DNA from: Stegostoma tigrinum
Taxonomy: Eukaryota
DNA: 64,000 nucleotides
Direction: 5' to 3'
Assembly (NCBI RefSeq): GCF_030684315.1
Contig: NC_081364.1
Span: 44,602,152-44,666,151, forward strand
Below, one piece after another: positions 51,131 through 63,684 of this stretch; the first letter of the stretch is position 1, and every line of letters starts with the position of its first letter. The notes beneath the pieces were generated by a model. That model was given only the letters and a program-made list of their open reading frames with translations. It was not told the DNA's origin and did no database searches. Position numbers and translations under genes: made by a program.

Positions 51131-51984
51131 GCTTCCAATAAATGACAGGTAGTTACAGCAGATGATTGTGAAATGTTTCAAATTGAGTGAAGGTTAATTG
51201 CATTACTTTGATACTGCATTGGAAAGCTTCTTTCATCATAAGCAAGATGCCATTAAGGTTCTTGCACTTAGTGGCCCTTAGGTAAGACCAAATATTTAGC
51301 TGGACAGAGCTCTCAAAGAATAATCTGACATACTTTAAGTATCTGGGTCAGAACAAGGTTGTGGTTCATCAATATTAAATAGCATCATCCCTTATTATTT
51401 TCTATGGAATAATATTTCCCTGCTATAATTTTAGAAGATGACGCTCAAGGAGCAGAACAAAAAATGTGGAACAGTCAAGACTTGCTTCATCAGTAAGCTC
51501 TGTTCCATTTATCAAGTTTTAACCCAGATATGCTTTTTTTCATTCGAGTACAAACGTATCGAATCAGGTAAAAACGAAAAATCCCGAAACGTCTCACAGA
51601 TCAAAATAAATGGATATCCGAGGCTGGTAGCTTCTAATATGCTGATATTGATGTTTTAGATTTTAGTGACCTTCTCAACCATTTTGGATAACTTTGATTC
51701 AGTTTTATGAGTTTAACTAATGATCAGATTTGCAATCAGGCTATCTGTGTCAGAAAAAAGATAGTGATGTATAAATATTAAACAGAATCCATTCTGATTA
51801 TTATCTGAGGAATTATATTTCCTAATATAGTTATTTCTTATGAAATTTAGTGAACATCTATAATGTTTTTCTACTTTCATAAATATTTTAAACAAATATG
51901 TTTCTTGTCCCAAAATACATTAATATAAGATTAACATGAAAACCTAATGGTCCAATTGGTTCAAAGTGCTTTTCACAGCTTTAA

Positions 51985-52322
51985 TTTTTATACTCAGATG
52001 GGACATGAGACGTGGGCATCACTGGCCGGCCAGCATTTATTGCCCGACTCTAGTTGCCCGTGAGAAGGTGATGGTGAGCTTCCTTCTAGAACTGCTGCTA
52101 TCCATGTGCTATAGATAAATTCACAATGCCATTAGGGAGGGAGTTCCAGGATAGTTGAAAGAACAGAGCTTTATTTTGAAGTCAGGGTGGTGAGTGCCTT
52201 GGAGGGTGTTTGCAGGTGGTGGTGTTTCCACGTACCTGTAGCCTTTGTCCTTTTGGATGCAAGTGGTCAAGGATTTGGAAGGTGTTGTCTGAAGATTTTT
52301 GGCAATTTTCTGTAGTGCACCT
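51985..52322 (-). mobile_element. 3' fragment of the LINE family at 8385-10161
   Basis: gtgggcatcactggccggccagcatttattgcccgactctagttgccc is the reverse complement of the 10090-10140 tail (gggcaactagggtcgg...atgctgg...gccca). Confidence 0.8.
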
Positions 52323-54267
52323 TTATTCTATTAACTAATTGCTGTCACCATGCAGTTTTTGCAAAAGAAGTGAAGAAACAAGATTTAAAAGATGCTTAAA
52401 CTAATATTACTCCCTCCTATAGCTGAATTGCTCGGGAAATAAATTTAAATTGTGTTGATTTATTTTTCTGAATTTAATACAAAGCAGAACTTTAACAATG
52501 TATCACAACTAATAGTGGTTAAAAATCTAGCAATATGAAATTAAAACAATAAAACCTTTTACAGTCAAGATTTTTGGAATAAAGCTTGCAACACTCTAGT
52601 TGAATTTATGGTGGAAACAACAAATCCTGATTGAACATTTTGAAATATACCCACAATATACTCTCCCTAGGGCATTTGGGAACCTGCAAGCCCTGCCAAA
52701 AAGTTCATTGAACAGTGAAACCATAAAAAAACACATCACAGGCTGTTCAATGCATTCTAGTGAGTTATTTGAGCTGCACTGCTTCATATTATTATGTTTC
52801 ACTATTGACAGTGTAAAAGTTGAGCTTTTGGCACCGAAGAGTCTGAAATGTTTGGTCACAGTCTTTTGAAATCAATTCAGCTTCTGTCTGACAGGCACGG
52901 CTTCAGAATGTGTTCGCACAATCAATGCTGCTCCATGCTAGTTTGAACAATACAATCAGGCCTGAATATAAAGGATTTAAAGCTAGGCTGGAAGTCTTGG
53001 ACCCAAATACAATGTGACATACCAAGGCAACACACAATTTATAGGCCGATGATATAATAATGGCTTCTTTCTAGAATTTATAAAATTCAGTATGTAAACA
53101 ATATCAAATGGACTTGTTATACTGAACCGTCTCTCTCTCTCTACAATATCTAAGTGGTGAAATTCTGTGTGAGTGCACAGTTGCAATGTTGCTTCACCTC
53201 TTATTTTGATAACTAAAAAATGAGATACAGAGTTGATTACTGCAGACAATTAGGCCAGTCTTTGCTTCCAAATAATGGTAAGTTTACTGTATTTGCCATG
53301 ATTAATATATAAATTGTCCAGTGATGTCTAACAAAGAAATGATACCTCCTAATTATAAAGCGCCACAAGTGCTGAGCAACTTGACAATCCTCTGTTAGAT
53401 CTGAAAATGGTAGCTGTTTTTCACTGTGAAAGTATAAGGGTCTGAAAGAGTTAATGCTGAGGAGTTCTTTAGGCACTACCCAATGTGAAGATATCACATG
53501 AGCTTAGCTGGCAGAACAGCTTTGGACGTCAAGAGGATAAGTCATGAGGACACCTTCATAGTTTGACTAGCTATATCTATCATACCAGTTGTATCTAATT
53601 GCTTTCATGTAATAAACTGTTTAAGATATGTGCTTCTTTTCATTAGTTTATTATGTTATTAATTTACCGCAGTGGAATAACCAAGCTTTACAGATCCCTA
53701 TCAGGAAAAATGATGGTGGCAGTGAATCAATCAGATGTATCTTCTTTCAAAATGTAGTGGGGATCCATTGTACAATATGATGCCACGTGGGGCTTCCTCA
53801 CCTTGCAATTAAATAGCAAGCGGTTAAACATGAAAAAACTGGCGATACACAGCTTCTAGCAATGCTGAGCATTCAACAACTTCGTAGAACGGATCTTTGA
53901 GGCAAAATGTTAGGAGGCAGAGTCTACAGTCTTCATAAAAAGTATTTCAGACCTGGTAAAAGATATGCTGCAGTGGGACAATTTGGAATTGACTAGACCT
54001 CTGGTAGTAGTCATTCCAAAGTAGATGCAGGCTGCATCATGAGGCGATGGTCACTGGGAGTTGATCCAAGTTGGAGTTTAACTGGTGAATGACTAGATGC
54101 CACAAGTTCCATCTGTAAGGTTTAAAATCCCCGGCTGGTAAGGAATAAACTCTAAAATCGCACAGTGTCTTAGGCTGGAAAAGTGAGGAGTTAGAAAAGT
54201 ACTAACAGCCCAGATCTTGTACTGCTCTTACAGTGTGTGGACACCAGAAGGCAACCTGATCAATGGT

Positions 54268-54347
54268 TTCATTCATTCATGGGATGTGAGTGATGTTGAC
54301 CAGGGCACATGTATTACCCATTCTTAATTGTCCAGAAGGCGGTTAAG
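54268..54347 (-). mobile_element. Short 3'-tail fragment of the same LINE/SINE family
   Basis: attcattcatgggatgtgag...tattacccattcttaattg. Confidence 0.5.
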
Positions 54348-54949
54348 CCTCCAGTTAAGGGAAATCAAAAGACACAAGAGAAGTTTAAAACTAGAATTAG
54401 TGCAATAAAGAGGAATTTGAGAAGCTTAAGCACACAAGTCTAAAAGAAAAAGGAAGTTCGGAAATTATTGGGGCCACAGAAAATGTGGGATATCCATTAC
54501 ATAATGCCTGCAGTCAAGGCAGGAAAAATTTATTAAACTGCAGAATCGGTACCCATCTGGGAAAAGCAATAAAGCAATGGGAATTATTAGTAGCAATGTG
54601 GACAGTGTGAAGAATCTAGGGAAATCCATCAAAGGAACAGGATTCAAGTTATTAGAACTGCAGGAAGCAAAAGTCATTGAGTGCAGCTGTTAGGAGAATG
54701 AAATAATTTATTAAAGCCATAGGCAGTGGGATTCATTTAGGAAAACCATGGAGTAAATTGGAATAATTTACTACGGCCGTGATTGAGGAGCCAACGAAAA
54801 AGCAGGAATCATCAATTTTAGCTGCAAAACTGGAAAACCCTCTAAGCTAGAATTATATAGTAGGACCATTGTTAAACTTCAGAATTAAAAGCCTTTAAAT
54901 AAAGAAAAATAAGTGATCACATTTGAAAGATATGACAGGAGAAATAATT

Positions 54950-56750
54950 TCGCTGAAAAGATTTAATTTCAGAGATGGGCTGAATAAAACATAGAATTGG
55001 ACATCATGGAGAAAACAATCCTTAACAAATAAAATTACATTAAAACTTGATACTAAATCAGAAACTAAACAAGCATATATACTTTTATATTAAATTGTGT
55101 TATAACTGATGCAGCTAGAGATTACCAAGGTATAAAAAAAGCAACCTATTTCTTTAATGAAGCTCTGCAAGGTTTTGACAACTATTTTAATCTCAAAACT
55201 AATAAAATTCTTTGACAACCAGGATTTTAACAGAACAGTTCAGCATGTAGGAGAAACCATAGATAATTTCAGAAATGATCTCCAGATTAGAGGCAAATAT
55301 GATTATAGAGTTTTAAACTCAAAATTCACAAGAGAGAAAAATGTTGTTGCCGAGAGAAGTGATTAAGATCAGAGTAAGATTGACTTCAGAGCAAGCAATT
55401 TTTATGATGAGTGAAGCAAAAGTCTGATGTAACACAATCAATGCTAAGAGGAAAACATCAACCTCATCACAGGAAATCAGCAGAAGTCATTCAATCCTTA
55501 AGGAACAAAATCCTTAAAGATACACATGAGAAACAGCTACGGATGGCAGATAATAAAAGCCAATTCCAGTGCTGCAGAGCAAGGGAACCTATTGGTCTCA
55601 AAGACATTCAGAAAGGAACTGGGTTACCCAGACCTAACCTTTTGTCATATAGTGTACCATGTGTGAAGAAACATATCTAACAGCTTACAACCGTGAAACA
55701 ACATGGTCTAGAAGGTATACCAGTAAAGATTAAATGTGTACAAAATCAACTCTGCAACACATTGAGTATCAAATCACAGAGAACTTAAACTTACTTGGCA
55801 ACCAAAAATACTCACATTTGAGCATGTAATGTGCTTTAACCTCAATCTTTTTTAATATTATGGAGGGAATTAAACGAGTTAATTTCAAGATAGAGCTGAT
55901 AAAGGAACCACAACATGTCATGCCACAACTGTTCAAGAAACATTCAACAAATCAGAGAAAATTCTGTAGAAAGGCAATCGGCGAATGATTTTATAGGGCT
56001 TCCCAGTCGTGATATTCTGGCCAATTGAGAATAAAAGCCTGTTCACATAATTTGAGCAGGTGATGCATACAGCTCTGAGGAAGCCATTTTGAAATGGGGT
56101 GAAAACTGTCCATAGGCTCAGGACTTGCATCAAAAAAAATGTTAGGCTCAGAGATCCTGGGTACTGTCAAGAAGCAATTGACTAAGTGAGAAATCCAGGA
56201 TATTGCTAAAAAGAAAAAGCAAATATTAGGTTCAGAAATCCAGGATAGTACAAAAAAAAGGTGTGTTTAAACATGTCAGTGTCCTCCATGAAGGAAAATA
56301 ATACGACTGAATGTTCTCCAGAGATTGGAATGAAGCAATTGTCTGCAAAAGAGATCCAAGAGATTAAAGATTGTCCAGGTTAAGGTACTCACAAGACTCC
56401 ATCAAGAACATTATCAAAGTCAACAATCTTCAACACTGAGCCCGACCAAATTTCCAAATCCAAAGAGTGTGCATCTTGGAGGATTGGTAAAACCTCTAAT
56501 CTGTCTGATGTTGTGCAGTCGGTGATGTGGGGGTGGGAGGGGGGGTGTGGGGGAGATGTCCATTATCGTGAAAAGCCCTATATAAATACCAGTCTTTACC
56601 ACTTCAACTGTGGGTGAAGTCTTTAGCTATGGTCCGAAATGTTCCATTTGGGTTTTGAATGAAAGAGGACTCACAAAGTGTCATGCAGCTCCAGCAAATT
56701 TTAACCTAGTTTTTTATTCAGTTTCCACCAGCAAAACAAATTTACTACGT
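54950..56750 (+). mobile_element. Highly decayed, internally deleted Gypsy element (gag relic, pol end, PPT and 3' LTR start)
   Basis: FNRTVQHVGETIDNFRNDL...YRVLNSKFTREKNVV resembles Gypsy Gag (F..R.Q..GE.VD.F..DL...IRD.IV); VNFKI at about 55878 is protease-like; GLVKPL..L.L at 56481 resembles a pol C-terminus; purine tract gggggaga is followed by TG at 56557 and tataaa at about 56581. Confidence 0.55.
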
Positions 56751-58273
56751 CACATGAGTTCATGACATAATTTTAATGATAATGTCTGCTTTACAACTCA
56801 TGATTAAATTTTTATTGCTTTAACTGTTTAAATCTATTTCCCTCTAAGAATTTAAATATTGTTTGAACAAGGGTGGTTCTTGAAGCCAGGAAATATATTC
56901 CAAACAACCTTAGTGAATCAAAAAAAAATTGTAACCGATTATTTTTCACCCAAAAATCATTCAATTTGTATGCACTAATTTGCATAACTTATTACACCAA
57001 GCATTCTCATAGATGTAAAGTGATCAAATATTGGCCATTTGTTTAAAAAAGCCAATAACCTACAATAAATTAGTGATTTATGGAATATCCTATTGATAAT
57101 ATTTCTTTACACAAGTAGCTTAGGGAAGATTTACACTTGCTTTAACAATCTGGGATTTTGTTTGACTCTTTTGCTGGAGCAGCTTTTACTGTAAATCAAC
57201 AATTTCTAACGATTCACTTGAACAATAATGATTCCGGATACATATAGGTCCAAAATCTAAACTGCCATTCACTGCCACTCATCAAGAAAACTGCTGATAA
57301 CTTTCACCTTAATACAGTGGAATGTGCAGAAATTGAAAGATTTTCAGACAACATTGTAGCTGTCAGCAGAGCGCTTAGCCTCTTTATGGGAATTTGTTCA
57401 GAGTCTATAGTATTCACGATTAAATATCTAAGTAATTCATTATAGGAAAGTGGTACACTATTGATCAGAAATTAAATAAGTGTTTTGGAAAAAAAGCACC
57501 AGAGGTTAGTTTAAAAAGAAATCTTGGATTCGATGGTAGACCGAGACGGTGGGAGACTTGGAAACCTAGCTGATAGATCTGGCCTGTTTTAAATGGGACT
57601 CATGGGAACTGAGATGAGCTGTTAGGACAATATAAGCGGGGACTCTAAGACTGACAATGGCATATTTGTAAGATTTTTATTAGATTGATACTAAATGAAG
57701 TTTTGAAGTTCCTTGGAATTGGGACAATGAACCAGTCTTAAAATGTTTGGACTGGCAGACCTGGCACACGCTAAGGGTGAGAATGAGTGTTGAAGAAAAT
57801 TAAGAGCACAGTTGGACACAGAGGAGATTTTGAAATTGATCAGAAGCATGGGAAATGAGAATCATTGCTGAAAAGACTGAGTGAAGATGTCACAGACATA
57901 ATTACACACTAGAATTAGACATTGCTAAAGCAATTTATACGTAAACCTATTTACAAATAATGTACAAGGAGAATGAAAATAATGTGTTTGGATCCTACAA
58001 CTTCGCCACAAATACCTCAGCTGAAAATGTGATATGTTATTGTTATTCTCCAAAATAGGAATAAATCACAAACGGAGTGTTCACCCTTTTGAGAAATTTC
58101 CTGATTTCTATTTCAATTAAATCAATGGAATGTATATGAAGTGTGCTGTATAAAGGGTGAGATTTTCCACCCACCCTCACCTAAAACAGCTAACTATCCA
58201 GGCACCAGGTAAAAATGAATATGTAGCTGGCTGGACTGCCTCACTAAAACTGTCCAAAGTATTTCTAAAGGTA

Positions 58274-58525
58274 GACAATGTGGTGGATCAGTTTTTAAGC
58301 ACGGCTGCCTTACAGCACAAGGGTCCTGGTTTCAATTCCAGCCTTGCTTCACTGTCTGTGTGGGTTTCCTTTGGGTGTTCTGGTTTCCACCTACAGTCCA
58401 AAGAGGTGTAGGTTTGGTGGATTGGCCATGGGAAATGCAGGGTTCCAGGGATAGGGAGTGGGGTGTGGTGAGTCAGTGTAGACTTATTTGGCTGAATGCC
58501 TAGTTTCCACTCTGCAGGGATTTTA
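58274..58525 (+). mobile_element. V-SINE (HE1-like), internally deleted
   Basis: ggtggatcagt...ggtttcaattcc...gtgtgggtttcctttgggtgttctggtttccacctacagtccaaaga...ggattggccatg. Confidence 0.8.
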
Positions 58526-59662
58526 AATTTAAAAAATCTGATGCAAAATTGTCTGAAGACTCATTTGTCAATGAAAATTATTTGGTAATTGGTTAAAAGG
58601 GCTAATTTTTAAATAATTATATTGTTATTGTTATTTTAATTCTAATCCCCAAAATAGAGAATGTAGATCTGGATTTTTTTAACAGGGTATAGAGCAAAAT
58701 TTGCACCACCCAAAATTAAAATGCCCTGCTCTAATTTTCATGGCTAGCCATCGTAGAGTTACTTGAGCAAATATAGAACATGGGAATAATTTTGATTGGT
58801 GCTGTCTCATTGAGTGGAGGAAATGAAGAAATAATGGAGTACGGATTTGTTTTGATTGGTTGTGCCCAAGGCACAATGTCATGTCAGCCATCTTTTCTAC
58901 CTGCGTAAAATTCAATCTCATCCACTTCAGTGGGACTGGATCAGGTTGGGTCAATGCAATGTCACACAATTTGCGCTGTCACCGAAGGTAACCCCTCCCA
59001 CATCTTGATTTTTCAAAATTTTAAAGGGTAACAGTTATCTCAAGTGGAATGGCAACATCTACTATTTGTGTTCAAAAAAGTGATGCAGAATGGCTGCTGA
59101 CTATCAAGGAGAGCTAAAGGTGCCTACGTGGGACAGCAGTGGGAATGCTTCTTCAGGAAGTAAGACAATAGTTTATCCTGAGGGGAGCATTACATCCCAT
59201 TTGCAAGAATTCATCAACCCCTGCTCAAACAACCAGTGAAAAAGATATCCTGAATTTACCTAGATAGACAATATGGAAAAAATCACCATCGCGATTGTAT
59301 TGATTTCTTATTCATCTTGATCAAGGAAGCTAGGCTTACGAAGTGCCAGACTTAAAAACACCTTCATTCTCTGAGACATTGGCACAGTTCTGGAAATGAG
59401 TGCAAAGTCTTCTTTCCCACCCCTCCCCTCCCTCCAAAGAAAAAGACCCTGTCAGCCAGTATTAATGAAGTACAGAACTCAAAATTTCAAACAGAACAAT
59501 GCAAAGTCTTTGAGAAGCTAATGAGTTCATCAAAGTAAATAACAATTGACACCCAATTTAAAATAACATAATCCAATTAACAGCTCATGCATCTGTTAAA
59601 ATAACTAAGTTCATATGCTGTCTGAGATGCCACCAAATCCTGATGAGCAGGATCCTTTAAAT

Positions 59663-59893
59663 GAGAAACAAAAGCAGACATTTCTGGAAAATCTCAGCAG
59701 GTCTAGCAGCATCTGTGAAGAGAAATCAGTGATAACTTTGCAAGCCTAGTGGCTGAATTCTGAGGAAGGATCACTGGACCTGATGCAGTAAGTCTGATTT
59801 CTCTTCATGGATACTGCAAGACCTGTTGCTCTTTTCCAACAACTTCTGTTTTTGCTTCTCATTTACAGCATCCACAGTTATTTTGGTTTTTAT
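59663..59893. mobile_element. Old Penelope pLTR fold-back element
   Basis: gagaaacaaaagcaga...cagcaggtct / agacctgttg...tctgtttttgcttctc inverted arms, central ctgaggaagg, tail cagcatccacagtt. Confidence 0.7.
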
Positions 59894-60250
59894 TCCATTA
59901 GAGTAGGGACCATTTGAGCATTCACAAAAAGGTTCTACTGAATTCTACAGCATAAATAACCAATGCCGAACGGAATCTATTTGTGATTTTTCAACACAGC
60001 GAAAACATTCATGATGAAATTCCATTGAACATCTGCATCAACAAAATGTCCTAAGCTGAATACAGCTGAAGTCAGTCAGAAGCTCAGTCATCTATCAAAG
60101 CTTTGAAAAAGAGGATATATGGTGAAGAATAACTCAGAAAATTTGAAAGCGAAAGGACAATGCAGACTATAAGTCTGAACTTCTGTACTGGGCAATGAAG
60201 AATGGTACTTTATCCAGTGAACAACATAAACTAAAGCATATGAAGACTTT

Positions 60251-61737
60251 GAGATAACAAGGTATAGAGCTGGATGAACACTGCAGGCCAAGCAGCATCA
60301 GAGGAGCAGGAAGTCTGATGTTTCGGGCCTAGACCCTCTTCAGAAAATCTTGGGATGATGGGAACTGCAGATGCTGGAGATTCCAAGATAATAAAATGTG
60401 AGGCTGGACGAACACAGCAGGCCAAGCAGCATCTCAGGAGCACAAAAGCTGACGTTTCGGGCCTAGACCCTTCATCAGAGAGGGGGATGGGGGGAGGGAA
60501 CTGGAATAAATAGGGAGAGAGGGGGAGGCGGACCGAAGATGGAGAGTAAAGAAGATAGGTGGGGAGGTAGGGAGGGGATAGGTCAGTCCAGGGAAGACGG
60601 ACAGGTCAAGGAGGTGGGATGAGGTTAGTAGGTAGCGGGGGGTGCGGCTTGGGGTGGGAGGAAGGGATGGGTGAGAGGAAGAACCGGTTAGGGAGGCAGA
60701 GACAGGTTGGACTGGTTTTGGGATGCAATGGGTGGGGGGGAAGAGCTGGGCTGGTTGTGTGGTGCAGTGGGGGGAGGGGACGAACTGGGCTGGTTGAGGG
60801 ATGCAGTCGGGGAAGGGGAGATTTTGAAGCTGGTGAAGTCCACATTGATACCATATGGCTGCAGGGTTCCCAGGCGGAATGAGTTGCTGTTCCTGCAACC
60901 TTCGGGTGGCATCATTGTGGCAGTGCAGGAGGCCCATGATGGACATGTCATCAAGAGAATGGGAGGGGGAGTGGAAATGGTTTGCGACTGGGAGGTGCAG
61001 TTGTTTTTTGCGAACTGAGCGGAGGCGTTCTGCAAAGCGGTCCCCAAGCCTCCGCTTGGTTTCCCCAATGTAGAGGAAGCCATACCGGGTACAGTGGATG
61101 CAGTATACCACATTGGCAGATGTGCAGGTGAACCTCTGCTTGATGTGGAATGTCATCTTGGGGCCTGGGATGGGGGTGAGGGAGGAGGTGTGGGGACAAG
61201 TGTAGCATTTCCTGCGGTTGCAGGGGAAGGTGCCGGGTGTGGTGGGGTTGGAGGGCAGTGTGGAGCGAACAAGGGAGTCACGGAGAGAGTGGTCTCTCCG
61301 GAAAGCAGACAGGGGAGGGGATGGAAAAATGTCTTGGGTGGTGGGGTCGGATTGTAAATGGCGGAAGTGTCGGAGGATAATGCGTTGTATCCGGAGGTTG
61401 GTAGGGTGGTGTGTGAGAACGAGGGGGATCCTCTTGGGGCGGTTGTGGCGGGGGCGGGGTGTGAGGGATGTGTCGCGGGAAATGCGGGAGACGCGGTCAA
61501 GGGCGTTCTCGATCACCGTGGGGGGAAAGTTGCGGTCCTTAAAGAACTTGGACATCTGGGATGTGCGGGAGTGGAATGTCTTGTCGTGGGAGCCGGAAAA
61601 TCTTGGCCTTTTTCTGAAGAAGGGTCTCAGCCTGAAACATCAGCCTTCCTGCTCCTCTGATGCTGCTTCGCCTGCAGTGTTCATCCAGCTCTAAGCCTTG
61701 TTATTTCAGATTCTCCAACATCTGCAGTTCCTACTAT
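60251..61737. mobile_element. Older miniature Penelope fold-back element (arms 60251 to about 60345 and 61607-61737), split by a younger insertion
   Basis: Arms are reverse-complementary; outer TSD catatgaagacttt (60237-60250 / 61738-61751). Confidence 0.9.
60354..61595 (-). mobile_element. Young 5'-truncated Penelope-like (Neptune-type) element: RT C-terminus, Cys linker, GIY-YIG, pLTR
   Basis: ORF 60434-61555: FFKDRNFP...IPLVLTHHP...GTFPCNRRKCYTCPH...NVVYCIHC...YIGETKRRL...RRLQEQQLI; hammerhead-like motif at 60451-60478; TSD gaaaatcttgg (60343-60353 / 61596-61606). Confidence 0.93.
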
Positions 61738-62272
61738 CATATGAAGACTTTCCTCTTTTATGCCATGGTAAATTGTAGCAACACTCAGAGAGCTGGTCAC
61801 TGGTGAAGAATGCTGAAGACTTCAAGGCCCAGGCTAGTTTAATGTTTTAATAATCACTGAGCATTGGTCAGAGGACAAATGTCTCTGGGGATGCAGGTGG
61901 CACTATGGGTTCTGCCCCTCTTCCTTCACCAACTTCTTTGGCACTTGGCATCTTCCCGGCTGGGCTGATGTTGGGACGATGCCTTCCATCTAATTGTAGC
62001 ATTGCAAGGTGTTGAAGACAATGTAAACTGGCTACTAATTGAAGCTTTAAATATGAAATTCGCATCACCACCATCTTGGGGCTGGCTGACTCTCAACAAC
62101 CAGTTCCGCCATCAGTAAAATTCTATACAGATAGTGAGACAGCATTGGGAATACAATCCAACCAAGCACACGATGCTTTTTTCAGGAAGTTGGGATCCAA
62201 TCAGATCTCCCAGAGTGAACAAAATCAAGGAGTACGTTTAAGGAAAGGTGCTTAAGGAAGCAGCTAAGAAGA

Positions 62273-62570
62273 TGAACATAGGAAGAGGAGCAGGCAATTC
62301 AGCCCCTCAAGCCCGCTTCTCCACTCATATGAACAAGGCTGATCTGTGGCCTAACTCCATTTACCTATCTTAAGCCTTATCCTTTGATACCCTTCCTTAA
62401 TAAAAATTTGTCTAGCTCAGATTTGAATTAATTGAATTAGCATTGGCCACCATTTGAGGAAGAGACTTCCAAACCTCCACTATTTTTTGTGCCTGGAAGA
62501 GCTTTGTAACATCTCTCCTGATTGGCCTAGACCTAATTCTTAGACCATGTCCCCAGTTCTAGATTCACCT
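62273..62570 (-). mobile_element. Decayed CR1 3' end
   Basis: gaacataggaagaggagcaggcaattcagcccctcaagcc...agacttccaaacctc is the reverse complement of a CR1 3' UTR and ORF2 end. Confidence 0.65.
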
Positions 62571-63684
62571 AGTCAAAGTGTCTTAGGATCAAACAACATG
62601 GGAAACAGTCCTTTTAGTCCAACTTGTAGTCTCACTTGCCCACTCTTGGCCCATGTCCTTCTGTACGTTCTTCAAAAGAAAAGGAAAATGAAGAAGGCAC
62701 ATGACCAACATGCAGGTGTGGAACTGCCTACCCTAGGAACCTGGCCACCACAGAAGTGTTCAGATTGTGAAGTGAGCTGAGACCATTTAAAGTCACAACA
62801 CCTAATGGGGCAATGCTGAGGAGAGGCACAATCTGAGTGAGGGAATTAAGCAATTGTACATCACCTAGTGTGCGAATTCTACGCAGAACACATCCAAAGA
62901 TAAACTCAAAGAGCAAGGTTATGGAAGATCACAATGAAAACAATCAGCCTTCTGACTGTATCCAGAACACTATCATACATACAACCTGAGTGACTTCACA
63001 GAAAGTTTACACCATTATGAGATCCAGCAAGAATATTAAATCATCTACCTGTTATACAGACTCTTATCCTCTTAAATTCTCAAGCATAGGCTTATTTCCC
63101 ATAAGTAGGTTTCACAACTACCCTACAGCAGAATATTTTCATTCTCAATGTGTGTGATGTTATCTTGGAAAGGTGTTCTTGTGATATCACTTTAAGAAAG
63201 AACATGCTAATGAACAAGAGATCATGATGCGCAGGACGTGACTGACAGCCATTGCACAGTCTAGCTTGCATCAGTTGAGTGAGGGCATACAGCTGTACCT
63301 TCCTGTAAAAATAGTTGCTCAACCCCTGAAATAGCTCTGAATGTTGAGCAACCCAGCAATACATCTTCAAATAAATAAACCCATATCCAGTTACCAGACC
63401 TGGTATGAGATTGGTGAACCTATGTAACAAAATATAGAACCATAATATTAAGTGCTGTGGATGCGCTCTATATTGTTAAAGACTGTAAAATGTTCTACAC
63501 CCAGAATTGTTTAATTCGCCCCTTATTACATTCCCATTTTTTGGGACATTGCTCATATAAGTTATTAATATTGCCAGTGTAAAGTCAGTCACTGAAAATC
63601 AAATACAATACATTGTGTGAGACAATTTGCTTTGCTTCAGTGATTGACTTCTCTCAGGATATCAGTTACAACTATCTCCAAGTT

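Noticed and set aside
51431-53283. Plus-strand micro-exon candidates (about 51431-51492 and 53246-53277) and donor-like sites at about 30832 (plus) and 7735 (minus)
   Set aside because: Splice-like words alone are expected by chance in 64 kb; there is no recognisable peptide or consistent exon chain.
18484-60443. Recurring small ORFs containing [16 protein letters not shown], as a Cys-rich peptide gene family
   Set aside because: They are translations of the Penelope terminal repeat that run into unrelated flanks; there is no evidence of independent genes.
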